A stretch of DNA of 64,000 nucleotides. Origin: Squalus acanthias. Taxonomy: Eukaryota. The notes below the pieces were generated by a model. The model was given only the letters and a program-made list of their open reading frames with translations, was not told where the DNA came from and did no database searches. Positions 12,176 to 24,960 of this stretch are shown here, in pieces (position 1 is the first letter of the stretch; every line of letters begins with the position of its first letter). The stretch spans positions 163,620,001 to 163,684,000 of the forward strand of contig CM059425.1 of assembly GCA_030390025.1 (NCBI GenBank), read 5' to 3'. The position numbers were made by a program, and so were the translations under genes.

Positions 12176-13059
12176 CTGTAGGCACAAAGGAATAGAATGT
12201 GAATTTTATGTAAGTACTTGAATGCTTTATCCTATTTGAATTTATAAGCGGTGACATGGAAAAATATAAACAGTATTACCTATCATTATCAAATACTTAA
12301 AATATATAATCATTTCATATGGCCATGCTGTACCAATTAAAATTTATTGCAACTATGGAGGTTGGACGATCATTTTTAAAGAATTGCATCAAAAAATAGG
12401 AAGGAATGATACAACTCAACTCACTCTTTATGACAGGAGTACTCGTACCCACAATAAAAACTTAAACAAAATTACTTTGCTCACTCAAACACTCCTTGGT
12501 TAATAGTCATTCCATGTTTTCAAACTTTTAAACAATTGTTAGTGTTACTGTTATTGATCAGATAGTAATCGTTTTGAAATCCAAGGCCATTGTGGAAACG
12601 AGAGAAGTAATGACATGCAGAAACAAAATACAATTGTTGTAAGTTACTTAGTATTTTTGGTACTTCAATTTTTGTGTACTTAAAGATCTGACTTATCTGA
12701 CAGTTTAGCTCACCCACCAATATTCACTGCTCACAGCGATCAAAATCAGCACAAAACTGCAATTCAGTCACCAAGAAGTAGACTTCTTATGGTGTATTTA
12801 CATTTGGGAGCCATTCTCTGTGCTTTCAAAATCACCATTTATATTGCAGGATTTTTCTATAGCACTGCATCCATATTTAAGAAACTACACATCCAAATAC
12901 CTGTACATGTGCAGCAAATTGTCATGTGATTTCTTGCAGAGGGCCACCAGTCCCCCGTAACCACCCCCCCCCCCCACCCTTTCTCTCTCCCTCATGAGAA
13001 TGGCTGGTACGGTAATGTACGGGACAGCGGGAGAAAAACACTTCAAAGGGGTGCTCAAT

Positions 13060-13197
13060 GATTAGCATCTTTGATAACGTCAAACTCCCTCTGCACTGTA
13101 CAGGAGTGCCTTCCTGTATTTGGTGTTCAAATCCTGGAGTGGGGCTTAAACCCACAATTTTGACTGAGGAGAGACTGCTACCAAGGAGCAAGCTGAC
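13060..13197 (-). mobile_element. Degraded SINE head in the last ELL2 intron
   Basis: Similar to the head of the 32-539 SINE. Confidence 0.55.
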
Positions 13198-13360
13198 TTA
13201 AGTACAAACTAGTTCATATGAAATGTTCGAGAAAAATATCTAGGACAAAACTGAACAGAATGTGGCACTGCGTTTTAACTCCAACCTAATACAAACTGGA
13301 AAAGACAATAAACGGGATTCCATGTGAACAGACTGCACCATTTCAAAACAAATTACTAAC

Positions 13361-13405
13361 CTTTGTAATTTTCCAGTACTCTTGCAAAACTTCCTCATCG
13401 ATAAT
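13361..13405 (-). CDS. ELL2: ELL2 coding exon (45 nt; exon 11 equivalent)
   Basis: ttgtttgcag|IIDEEVLQEYWKITK|gttagt; phase 0/0, joins its neighbours in frame. Confidence 0.93.
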
Positions 13406-14458
13406 CTGCAAACAAGTGGAGATCTGTTACATGAGCCAAAATGATGTCAGGGTTAAAGACATTACACAGTACTTTTCTCCAAGTTTTAATGCCTCATTGT
13501 TTAACATAATAGAAAGTGCAAAAATAACAATGGATAGACATTTTCTAAAGCACTCTGACTTGCAAATCAATGCACATAAATTACCAGAAGGATGCATACA
13601 AAAAGAAACATTTAACTGAGGCAATCTCTAAATATCTGACCTGTAATTTAGTAACCTTGGTAGCAGTTAAACATTTCAGTGGGATCAGAAATTAAAACAA
13701 GTGAACTAGAATAGCCATAAAACTGAGAGAATATATAATCTTGGAATTTAGATGGAAGTAATGTCAAATCAGAGATTGCTTTTTTAGATTTACTTAATTG
13801 GATTGACAAAAATATAGCAGGGATAGAGTAGGCAGCCCATAAATATAAATAAAAGGTGGATGTCTCCTCACTGATGTCGCAGAATTGCCATCTTAGCAGC
13901 TGCTAGAACATGCATTAAAGTACCAACCAGTGTGAGATGACCAACATAACAGGAAAGAAAATAAAATAAAAACACCTTAAAAGCTGTGTCTCTTCAGCTG
14001 AGGAAGAGTTAAGATCATGCTATGGGAGTTGCAACTCCCTACTGCTATATACTCATCTGTAACTATGAACCAGTCTAGTGTTTCATGCTTACAATGAGTA
14101 TACTCTTTCTCCCATAACAATAGTGAGTCTACCTCATCACAAGGAGGAGCAAGAGTGTGCAAATGCTTGGGTGTACTCCTTTCCCACCCCGCCACCCGCC
14201 CCTCACTCCACAAATTAAGTTGCTTGGTGAAATATACAAGTAAAACATTGAACCCTACAAGAATCAAATACACGATAGGATAAATTCAGTTAGGCTACAC
14301 TCCCAGCAGTAAGACTTGAACAGGAATGAGACTCTAACTGGAGCATAGCCTCAATGAATTTACCTTCATATGTAAAGCCAAACAACATGGAAAGGTTCTG
14401 TTAACGGATTCATATTTTTGACTACACGTTGAACAGCTGGAAGTGTTTGTGCCAATAC

Positions 14459-14630
14459 CTTATACTCTTCAGTGTCAGGAGAAAGACGCTTCCGCTCTGC
14501 ATCCAGCTGCAAAAATCGCTTGGTAACCCTCTCTAACCTGGCGTGCAGGTTCCGGTATTCACCATACTCTGCATTAAAGTCATCTTTGTAGTTTTGTCTC
14601 TGCTCGTGCGACATAATGCCTGCGTATTTG
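14459..14630 (-). CDS. ELL2: ELL2 coding exon (172 nt; start of occludin/ELL domain; exon 10 equivalent)
   Basis: tcaacag|C KYAGIMSHEQRQNYKDDFNAEYGEYRNLHARLERVTKRFLQLDAERKRLSPDTEEYK|gtattg; core of ORF 14366..14641. Confidence 0.96.
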
Positions 14631-15174
14631 CTGTTGAACAAAAAAGTGGGAATACTAACATTACGTATCGTAAATGCATCCCTTTTTGTTTTCTCAGCTA
14701 CAGTACAAGAGGTTTGCTTTTCAGTAATTATGATTTAAAGGAGACAACAAGCAAGGTTAAAGAGAAATTATCAATTTGCACTCTAGATGGCTCCGCTGTT
14801 CTCCGAAGAACCTCTGCTATCCAACTGAAGAATGACACTGCCAAGATGATGCATGAGAACATGGATGTTCTAATGCAATTAGATGGTTACAGTTCATTCC
14901 TCATACTCGACTGCTGTGAGGAGAGGGAAAGGAGACAACTACCTAAATGGGGAGGTGAATTGTTACCAGATCACTGTTGCAATATTTGTAGCTTCCAGCT
15001 CAACAGCAACATGACAGAAGCATGGGACAGTGTGTATGGGCCAAGGAGGAAATAGTAAGCGAGATCCCATATTCAAGGTTATTTTTTCTTCTGAGTGGTT
15101 ATATAGTTGTTACTGTACTAATATTTACTTTAATATCTATTTACATTACACATTCAGAAGAGCTGCATTGATAG

Positions 15175-15960
15175 TAATAGGAACAGGAGTAGGCCATACA
15201 GCCCCTCGACCCTGCTCCATCATTCAAGAAGATCATGGCAGAACTTCTACATCAACTCTACTTTCCCGCCCTATCCCCATATCTCTTAATTCCCTTAGTG
15301 CCCAAGAATAATCTGCTCAACGATGCTCAGTTTGGGTTCTGCTAGGACCACTCGGCTCCAGACCTCATTACAGCCTTGGTCCAAACATGGAAGATTCCAA
15401 TGTTTTCACCTCCATGACTCTATCTGAAATCTATCCCACATGTTGATCACACTGTGTAAAGAATTTCCTGACATCAATCCTAAAATTAGTTTTTACTTAT
15501 CTGAACCTGCATCTCCTAGCAATTTAATTTAAAGTAATATTCCAGCTTAACTTTCATTCCATTAACAATGTTAAACACACCAACAAAATCACCTCTGAAA
15601 CACCTCCTTCCTAGGCTGAAAACCCCAAGTTTTTCCAATCGTTCCTCATAATGCAGACCTGACACTGGGGATCAGCCTCATGGTTTTTCTCTGGACTGCC
15701 TCCAGCACCTAAAACTTTCTCGTGATTCTGGACAACCAGAACTGAATGCAGTATTCAAGGTGTGATCTGACCAAAGCACCATGCAGTTTGATCACTATCT
15801 CCTCCGACTTGTATTGTACGGTTTTAACTATGTAGATCAACATTCTTTTGGCTTGGTTTGTTGCTCTGCATTGGTTGGACAGGTTTAGTTTCAAATCTAA
15901 GACTGCTAGGTCTCTTTCAATTTCATTCGTGGATATTTCAACACCTTTCATAGAGTATAT
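15175..15960 (-). mobile_element. Old CR1 fragments, with a short plus-strand LINE piece at ~15310-15390
   Basis: ORF 15709..15951 has ERDLAVL...ALVRSHLEYCIQFW. Confidence 0.7.
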
Positions 15961-16859
15961 GAGTTGTCTATTTTTCCATCACAATACAGTCCTCACCGCT
16001 TATAGTGGGAGCGTTGGTGTTAGCAAGATTTGGCTGCTATAAACAGTGGACGTATAACCAATAAATTTAAAAACAGTACTGCACATTTAAAAAAAAAAAA
16101 CGAGTTTTGACAAAATCCCTTGATGGCTGCTTTGTCTTAATTTATATACTGTGGTGCAAAAGAGTACTCCCCTCCCTTGCATACTGTACCTGAAGGTTTA
16201 GATCCTGGAGCTGGCGGACAACGTGCGCAAAACAATAAGTTGTTGCGCATCACCCCGCCGGCACATGCGGCTCGCCACTGCAACGATGAGGAGCTTCCCA
16301 CCCCTCATCTCCCCAAGCCTGAGGCTGACCCTCTGGTGCACAGCTTGAGCTAGGGCATTCGAAGGAGCACCAAATGATACCAGAACGAAGTTGGTCGGAT
16401 GCCAGGAAGTGCAATGACAGCCCCCGAAAACAAGAGAGTTTGGTCAATTTAAAAGTCGAAAAAAATGTGCAAAGAACAAGTTCGAAAGGGGAATAGTTAA
16501 CCAGAACGCGGGGAAATTAACCAAAAAAGTTTTAGTAAAAGGGAAATTAAAATTTTTGAAAAACAAACCAAGCTGCAAACCGCCTTCCGTCCAGAGCAGA
16601 ATTGTTTGTTTTCATAGCCTTTGCAAAGCTGACATTGCAACTTAGAAAATTAGGAGCATGATTCTTTTAAACAATGGATTGAGGAACGGAGAAATTAAAA
16701 CAGATTGCTGCAGCTGATTGGAGTGTCTGAAATAGCTGGCCCTCTTAATTAAGTTTAAGCAACGTCTTTATAATTGACACCTATAGTAATGGCAAATGGT
16801 CAGCGCCATTTGCCAGATATAGGCAGTTGTCTGGGATAAGTGGGAATGGTAAGTGGTGG

Positions 16860-17020
16860 AGACTGTACTTTACACTTAGCCATATTAAATTTCATCTGAC
16901 ATTGTTCTGTCCAGTTACATATTTTGTCCAAATCATTCTGCAATTTCTGAGCTTCCTCTTCCTCAGCCCCAAATAGTTTGGCACAATCAGCAAATTTGAC
17001 CACTTTGCATTGAGTTTCTG
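16860..17020 (-). mobile_element. Old CR1 RT fragment; continues at ~18650-19200 after nested insertions
   Basis: ORF 16800..17003 has KFADCAKL...LQNDLDKICNW...MKFN..KCKV. Confidence 0.65.
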
Positions 17021-17034
17021 CCCTTACATAACCA

Positions 17035-17205
17035 GGAATTGTAGCACAGTGGTTATGTTACTGGACTAGTAATTCAGAGGCCTGGACTAATGATCCAGAG
17101 ACACATGTTCAAATCCCAAATTTAAATTCAGTTAATTTAAAAAATTCGGACTAAAAAACTAGTATAAGTAATGGTGACCATGAAACTACCAGATTGTCAT
17201 AAAAT
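17035..17205 (+). mobile_element. tRNA-derived SINE 5' part (second family)
   Basis: GTAGCACAGTGGTT...GGACTAGTAAT.CAGAG...GTTCAAATCCC; related to 43015-43295. Confidence 0.6.
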
Positions 17206-18645
17206 GTGCATCACCAAGAGTGGCAGCACCACTACTGACTGAACTGGCTGAGTCCTGAAAGACAGTTGCTAGACTGGACGTGGTGAGAGAACCAACACAA
17301 GGGAAAAACCTACTTGGCCTCGTTCTCACCAAGCTACCAGTCACAGATGCATCTGTCCATGACAGTATTGCTAGCAGTGACCACCACACAGTCCTTGTGG
17401 AGACGAAGTCCCGTCTTCACACCGAGGACACCCTCCATCGTGTTGTGTGGCACTACCACCATGTTAAATGGGATAGATTCAGAACAGATCTAGCAGCTCA
17501 AAACTGGGCATCCATGAGGCGCTGTGGGCCATCAGCAGCAGCAGAATTGTATTCCACCACAATCTGTAACCTCATGGCCCGGCATATCCCTCACTCTACC
17601 ATTACCACCAAGCCAGGGGACCAACCCCGGCTTAATGAGGAGTGCAGAAGATGATGCCAGGAGCAGCACACTAGGCGTACCTAAAAATGAGATGCCAACC
17701 TGGTGAACCTACAACACAGGACTACATACCTGCTAAACAGCAAGCTATAGACAGAGCCAAGTGATCCCACAACCAACAGATCAGATTAAAGCTCTGCAGT
17801 CCTGCCGTATCCAGTCATGAATGGTGGTAGACAATTAAACAACTAACGGGAGGAGGAAGCTCCAAAAACATCCCCATCCTCAATGGTGGCGGAGCCCAGC
17901 ACAAGTGCAAAAAGACAAGCATTTGCAACCATCTTCAGCCAGAAGTGCCGAGTGGATGATCCATCTCGGCCTCCTCCGGAGGTCCCCACCATCACAGAAG
18001 CCAGTCTTCAGCCAATTCGATTCACTCCACATATCAAGAAATGGCTGAGCCCACTGGATACAGCAAAGTCTATGGACCCCAACAACATCTCGGCTGTAGT
18101 GCTGAAGACTTGTGCTCCAGAACTAGCCACGCTGTTCCAGTACAGCAACAACACTGGCATCTAACCTCCAAAGTGAAAAATAGCCCAGGTATGTCCTGTC
18201 CACAAAAAGCAGGACAAATCCAATCCGGTCAATTACCTCCCCATCAGCCTACTCTTAATCATCGTCAGCAAAGTGATGGAAGGTGTCAGCAATAGCACTA
18301 TTAAGCGGCACTTACTCACCAATGCTCAGTTTTGGTTCCACCAGGACCACTTGGCTCCAAACCTCATTACAGACTTGGTCCAAACATGAACAAAAGAGCT
18401 GAATTCTAGATGTGAGGCAAGAGTGATTGCCCTTGACAGCAAGGCAGCATTTGACAGAGTGTGGCATCAAGGAGCCCTAGTAAAATTGGGGTCAATGGGA
18501 GTCAGGGGGAACACTCTCCACTGGCTTGAGTCATACCTAGCACAGAGAAAGATGGTTGTTGGAGGCCAATCATCTCAGCCCCAGGACATCACTGCAGGGG
18601 TTTCTCAGGGTAGTGTCCTGGGGCCAACCATCCCATGAATAAAAA
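17206..18645 (+). mobile_element. CR1-group LINE (family B), internal ORF2 fragment, frameshifted
   Basis: ORFs 17280, 17883 and 18423 give EPTQGKNLLGLVLT, ALDSKAAFDRVWHQG and GVSQGSVLGP. Confidence 0.85.
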
Positions 18646-18649
18646 AACC

Positions 18650-19200
18650 TCCCATAACCAAGTACCAATTTTTTCTACCCTGCAGCCAGCTTCTTAACCT
18701 CAAAAATGTTTATTTTGAATCCCTACATCTTAGGAGTTTAATTAATAGCCTTTCCTGTGGAACTTTACCAAAAGCCCTTTGGAGGTTGAGGTACATCATA
18801 TCATAGGGCTTACCACAGTCCACTTGGGTTGCCAATTTTTCAAAAGTAATTTAGGAGGCTGGACAGGCAGGATCGTTCCCTTCTGAATGAATATTGACTG
18901 CTGTTTGCTAGATTATTGTGCAGATAATCTTCAAATTTAGTCCTGATAACAGATTCCATTATTTTACATAGAATGGAAGGAAGGTCAGTAGTTGCCTGGT
19001 CACCCATTTTGAATATGGGCACCAAGTTAGCCTGTTTCAAATCTGCTGGTCAATCTCCAGTGGTCCATCAGTGATTAGTGCCGTTAAAATTTCTTCCCTG
19101 CTCTTTCTCCACACTGAAATAAATACCATCTATTCTTGCGGTTTTATATGTTTTGAACCTTTGTAGTTTTTCTAGGCCTTACATCTGATTTATATCTAAA
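18650..19200 (-). mobile_element. Old CR1 RT fragment
   Basis: ORF 18840..19040 has ANLVPIFKMG...CKIMES...SQYSFRRERSCLSSL. Confidence 0.65.
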
Positions 19201-20497
19201 TCATAATCACAATCAAGTTTTGTGCAACTGTTTGACAGAAGTTTTCATTAAATTGAAAAATCTAAATTTTGGCAATTTAAAGACCATTTTGAAGAATCAA
19301 CAAACTTAAGTTAACAAATTGTCATTGCTAGCCTATATCCAAGCCTGTATATCTTGTAAAGCAATGCAATAAATATAAAAACAGTATACCCATCACAAAA
19401 AGAGAGAAAATGAATTATGAGAGTAAACTGGCAAGAAATATTAAAACAGATAGTAAGAGCTTCTACAGATATATAAAAAGGAAGAGGGTAGCTTAAGTAA
19501 ACATTGGTCCCTTAGAGGATGAGACTGGGGAATTAATAATGGGGAACAGGGAAATGGCAGAGGCTCTGAATAAATATTTTGCATCTGTCTTCATGGCAGA
19601 AGTCACTAACAACATCCCAATAATGGATAATCAAGGGGGGGACTAAAGACAAATCACTATCACTAAGGAAAAAGTACTCGGTAAAATAATGGGACTAAAA
19701 GACGACAAGTCCCCTGGAACAGATGGCCTGCATCCCAGGGTCTTAAAAGAAGTGGCTTCAGAGATAGTGGATGCATTGGTTGCAATATACCAAAATTCCC
19801 CGGACTCTGGAAAGGTCCCAGCAGATTGGAAAACCGCAAATGTAACACCCCTATTTAAGAAAGGAGGGAGACAGAAAGCAGGAAACTATAGACCAGTTAG
19901 CCTAACATCTGTCGTTGGGAAAATGCTGGAGTCCTTCATTAAGGAAGCAGTAGCAGGGCATTTGGAAAATCATAATGCAGTCAAGCAGAGTCAGCATGGT
20001 ATTATGAAAGGAAAATCACGTTTAATAAATGTGCTGGAGTTCTTTGAGGGTGTAATGAGCAGGGTGGACAAAGGTGAGCCAGTGGATGTGGTGTATTTGG
20101 ATTTCCAGAAGGCATTCGATAAGGTGCCACATAAAAGGTTACTGCATAAGATAAGAGCTCACGGAGTTGGGGGTAATATATTAGCATGGATAGAGAATTG
20201 GCTAACTAACAGAAAGCAGAGAGTCGGGATAAATGGGTCATTTTCTGGTTGGCAAACGGTAACTAGTGGGGTGCCACAGGGATCGGTGCTGGGGCCTCAA
20301 CTATTTACAATCTACATTAATGACTTGGATGAAGGGACAGAGTGTAATGTAGCTAAGTTTGCGGATGATACAAAGACGGGTGGGAAAGCAAGTTGTGCAG
20401 AGGACTCAAAGACTCTGCAAAGGGATATAGACAGGCTAAGTGAGTGGGCAAACATTTAGCAGATGGAGTATAATGTGGAAAAGTGCGAGGTTATCCA

Positions 20498-21115
20498 AAA
20501 TAACAGAAAACGCTGGAAAAACTCAGCAGGCCAGGCAGCATCCGTGGAGAGAGAAACAGAGTTAACGTTTCAGGTCGAAGACCCTTCGTCAGAACTGGAA
20601 AAAAGCAGGAAATGAAATAGATTTAAAGCAAGTATAATGCTGGGAAAAGGGGGAGGGGATGAAAGAACAAAAGGGAAGGTCAGTGGTAGTATAGAAGGCA
20701 GGAGACATTGAGTGACATTGAGAGATATTCAAGGCGAGAGGTGGTGGTAATGCGACAGGTTGAGGCTAGATGAAGTGTGAAATGCGCTGGCGGAATGAAG
20801 GACAGCTGCCAGCTTCTGGGAGGGAAGAAAAAAAGGGGCCAAACAAAAGGGTGGATGAAAAAAAAAATATATATATATATATATGGCTGTAGCGTGCCTA
20901 AACGAAAGATGAGGTGCTGTTCCTCGAGCTTACGCTGAGCTTCCGTGGAACAATGCAAGAGGCCGAGGATGGTGAGGTCAGAGTGGGAGTGGAGCGGAGA
21001 ATTAAAATGACAGGCCACCGGGAGTTCGGGGTCCCCCTTACGGACTGAACGGAGGTGTTCCGCAAAGTGGTCACCCAATCTGCGTTTGGTCTCCCCAATG
21101 TAGGGGAGACCAAAC
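20498..21115 (-). mobile_element. Penelope-like element family B, 3' fragment (GIY-YIG end plus terminal repeat)
   Basis: ORF 20680..21129 has YIGETKRRLGDHFAEH...RKLEEQHLIFRLGTLQP; 13-bp TSD GCGAGGTTATCCA at 20485-20497 and 21116-21128. Confidence 0.88.
20560..20596 (-). ncRNA. Minimal type I hammerhead ribozyme motif (PLE family B)
   Basis: AGUU-CUGACGA-AGGGUC-UUC-GACCU-GAAA-CG-UU-AACU; helix I AGUU/AACU, palindromic ACGU helix III. Confidence 0.72.
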
Positions 21116-21912
21116 GCGAGGTTATCCACTTTGGCAGGAAAAATAAAAAAGCAAATTATTTAAATGGAGAGAGATTACAAAAGGCAACAGTTCAGAGGGA
21201 TCTGGGGGTCCTTGTGCATGAAACACAAAAAGTTAGCATGCAGGTACAGCAAGTAATCAAAAAGGCAAATGGAATGTTGGCCTTTATTGCAAGGGGGTTG
21301 GAGTATAAAAGCAGGGAAGTCCTGCTACAACTGTACAGGGTATTGGCGAGACCACACCTTGAGTACTGCGTACAGTTTTGGTCTCCTTAGTTAAGGAAGG
21401 ATATACTTGCATTGGAGGCAGTTCAGAGACGATTCACTAGGTTAATTCCAGAGATGAGGGGGTTGACTTATGAGGAAGGGTTGAGCAGGTTGGGCCTATA
21501 CTCATTGGAATTTAGAAGAATGAGAGGTGATCTTATTGAAACATACAAGATACTGAGGGGGCTCGACAAGGTAGATGCAGAGAGGATGCTTCCCCTCGTG
21601 GGAAAATCTAGAACTCAGGGGGCATAGTTTCAGAATAAAAGGTCGCCCTTTTAGAACTGAGATGAGGAGGAATTTCTTCTCAGAGGGTCGTAAATCTGTG
21701 GAATTCTCTACCGCAGAGAGCTGTGGGGGCTGGGTCATTAAATACATTTAAGGTGGAGATAGACAGATTTTTGCAAGATAAGGGAGTGAAGGGTTATGGG
21801 GAGCAGGCAGGGAAGTGGCTTTGAGCCCAAGATCAGCCATGATCTTATTGAATGGCGGAGCAGGCTCAACAGGCCAAGTGGCCTATTCCTGCTCCTATTT
21901 CTTATATTATGA

Positions 21913-23634
21913 GAAGTCGCACAACACCAGGTTATAGTCCAACAGTTTTATTTGAAATTACGAGCTTTCGGAGCTCTGCTCCTTCTTCAGGTACAGGTAC
22001 AGTGAGGGAATACAAAATCGATTACACAGTATATATAGACAGAACAATGTGTCTGCAGAGATACAATCCGTCAGGGAGGCATTACATCAAAGACACAAGA
22101 GTACAGCTAAGACAATGAGGTGGGTCACAGGGGGTCCAACGTGTCAAATGCTGCCGTCTGCAGTTAAGCTTTTAACTTTTTTTTAAAAAAACTGGAAAAA
22201 CAGACAACGATGTCGAGTCACGTTCTGTAGCGTGACATGAACCCGAGATCCCGGTTGAGGCCGTCCTCTACACGATATCAACAGGTTCCATCCCACCATC
22301 AAACTCACCATGGACTACTCCTCAGAATCGGTTTCATTCTTGGACACACGAATCTCCATCAAAGACAGACACCTCAGCACTTCACTCTACCGCAAGCCCA
22401 CGGACAACCTCACGATGCTCCACTTCTCCAGCTTCCACCCTAACCACGTTAAAGAAGCCATCCCCTATGGACAAGCCCTGCGAATACACAGGATCTGCTC
22501 AGACGAGGAGGAACACGATGGACACCTACGGACGCTGAAAGACGCCCTCGTAAGAACGGGATATGACGCTCGACTCATCGATCGACAGTTCCGACGGGCC
22601 ACAGCGAAAAATCGCATAGACCTCCTCAGAAGGCGAACACGGGACACAACCAACAGAGTACCCTATGTCGTCCAGTACTTCCCCGGAGCGGAGAAACTAC
22701 GCCATGTTCTTCGCAGCCTTCAACATGTCATCGATGACGACGAACACCTTGCTAAGGCCATCCCCACGCCTCCACTACTCGCCTTCAAGCAGCCGCCTAA
22801 CCTCAAAAGTACCATCGTTCGCAGCAAATTACCCAGCTGTCAGGAGAACAGCGACCACGACACCACACAACCCTGCCACGGCAACCTCTGCAAGACATGC
22901 CAGATCATCAACACAGATACCATCATCACACGTGAGGACACTACCCACCAGGTACATGGTACATACTCATGTGACTCGGCCAACGTTGTCTACCTCATAC
23001 GTTGCAGGAAAGAATGCACCGCGGCATGGTACATCGGCGAGACCATGCAGACACAGACAACGTATGAACGGACACCGCGCAACAATCGGCAGGCAGGATT
23101 GTTACCTCCCAGTCGGGGAACACTTTAGCAGTCAAGGACATTCAGCCTCGGATCTGCGGGTTAGCGTTCTCCAAGGCGGCCTTCGAGACACACGACAACG
23201 CAAAATCATCGAGCAGAAACGGATAGCCAAGTTCCGCACCCATGAGGACGGCCTCAACAAGGATCTCGAGTTCATGTCACGCTACAGAACGTGACTCGAC
23301 ATCGTTGTCTGTTTTTCCAGTTTTTAAAAAAAAGTTAAGCTTAACTGCAGACGGCAGCATTTGACACGTTGGACCCCCTGTGACCCACCTCATTGTCTTA
23401 GCTGTACTCTTGTGTCTTTGATGTAATGCCTCCCTGACTGATTGTATCTCTGCAGACACATTGTTCTGTCTATATATACTGTGTAATCGATTTGTATTCC
23501 CTCACTGTACCTGTACGAGGAGCAGAGCTCCGAAAGCTCGTAATTTCAAATAAAACTGTTGGACTATAACCTGGTGTTGTGCGACTTCTCATTTTTGTCC
23601 AGCCCAGTCCAACACCAGCATCTCCGCATCATGA
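21913..23634 (+). mobile_element. Penelope-like element family A: RT C-terminus plus GIY-YIG endonuclease, with inverted 5' terminal repeat
   Basis: ORFs 22310..23128 and 22665..23294 (SFLDTRI..LYRKPTD..C..CKTC..NVVYLIRC..WYIGET); 21909-22268 is the inverse of 23244-23592; 14-bp TSD TTCTTATATTATGA at 21899-21912 and 23635-23648. Confidence 0.92.
21958..21994 (-). ncRNA. Minimal hammerhead ribozyme motif in the inverted PLE repeat
   Basis: GUAC-CUGAAGA-A-GGAGC-AGA-GCUCC-GAAA-GC-UC-GUAA. The plus-strand counterpart at ~23507-23543 has lost the CUGAnGA core. Confidence 0.68.
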
Positions 23635-23954
23635 TTCTTATATTATGAACTCGTTAAATATCTAATTTGTAACTTTTTTATTTATGACCTACAAAATTAT
23701 TTTGACATACATAAGGGGGTCCATTGTAGGTCATTCACTACTTGTAAGATGTCACTGTCTGCTCACCTGCATTACTAAATAAATGTTACAACTATCATTA
23801 TTGGTTGCTAAGTTAATGATTTCCTTGGAGTTTGTCCTGACCGCTTACAATCATGTACTTACGCCAATTTTATAGTAACATTTAAAATGTCACTTTTTTG
23901 ACTGCTTTTAAAACCTAATCTTTTTTAAAAAAAATTTTTTTTTTTTTTTTTTAT

Positions 23955-24960
23955 AAGGAGAGACAGATATAATCTGGATAATTACAGGCCAGTTAATTTA
24001 ACACTTGTGGTAGGAAATTTGAGAGTCTTTTTAATTAAGGATGAAATTATCACATACCTGGGTAAAGAGAAAATAATTAGAAGTAACTAAAATGGAATTT
24101 TATAAGGACAGTCATGTTTAACAAACGTCAATTTTCTGAGGAGACAAGAGACATAGCAGATGAAAATGCAGTGGATATAGTATATATGGAGTTCAGGAAA
24201 GCCTTTGACAAAGCACCACACAGGAGAATGTTGGGGAAGGTTTAGGGGGTATGGAATTTGGGATAAGATTGCAAACTGGATAAAAAAATTGTTAGAAGGG
24301 AGAAAACCACATAGGAGTTAAGGACAGTTTTTTCTAAGAGTGATTGAAAGTGAATAGTGGTGTTTCACAGGGTTCAGCTCTGGGGCCACTTCTGTTCACT
24401 GTAGAACAAGGATTTGTATATAGGCCTAGAGAGATTAATGTCAAAATTTGCAGATGACACCAAAATACAAGGTATAAATTCTTTAGAGGACCAAATAAGC
24501 TGCATAAGAATATTGATAAGATGGGAAATAGGCTAAAAGCTGGCAGTTGGAATTCAATGTCAGTAGGCGAGACGTAATGCATTTTGGTTAAAAATTAGCA
24601 GTAACTATACTCAATGAAAATAGGGTTGGTGTTCTGGAATTGGGGGAGGGGTAAAAGATTCACAGGATATCAAAGGCAGCACCTCAGTTTCAGAAGGCCA
24701 TAAAAAAAACTAATGGAATTCAAGGTTTTATCACAAAGTGTAGAATATAAAAGCCAAGAGGTAATGATGAGCCTATATAAAACCTTAATAAGACCTCAGT
24801 TAGAATTCTGCGTGCAATATTCGGCTCCACACTATAGGAAGGATATTGAGGCTTTAGGTAGAGTACAATGCAGATTTACGAGAATGCTGTCTGATATGAG
24901 GAACTATGAAGATAGATTTGAAAAATTGGGTCTCTTTTCATTAGAACAATACAGATTACA
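23955..24960 (+). mobile_element. Old CR1 LINE (RT region); its 3' end resumes at ~27785-28165
   Basis: ORF 24713 has LYKTLIRPQLEFCVQY..PHYRKDIEALGRVQCRFTRM; split by a family B LINE. Confidence 0.8.

Larger units (their letters stand above)
19395..21910 (+). mobile_element. CR1 LINE, 5'-truncated, RT domain to 3' tail; interrupted by a PLE at 20498-21115
   Basis: ORF 19689..20459 ([15 protein letters not shown]...[13 protein letters not shown]...[10 protein letters not shown]...KFADD), continued by ORFs 21055 and 21412. Confidence 0.92.

Noticed and set aside
14543..15055. 170-aa plus-strand ORF
   Set aside because: Antisense to an ELL2 exon and intron, with no recognisable motif; a chance ORF.
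15985..16800. Possible Tc1/mariner (Tigger-like) relic starting TACAGT
   Set aside because: No matching second TIR or transposase motif could be confirmed by eye.
19689..20459. Intact-looking 256-aa reverse transcriptase ORF as a domesticated gene
   Set aside because: Part of a truncated CR1 with an in-frame stop and a PLE insertion immediately downstream.
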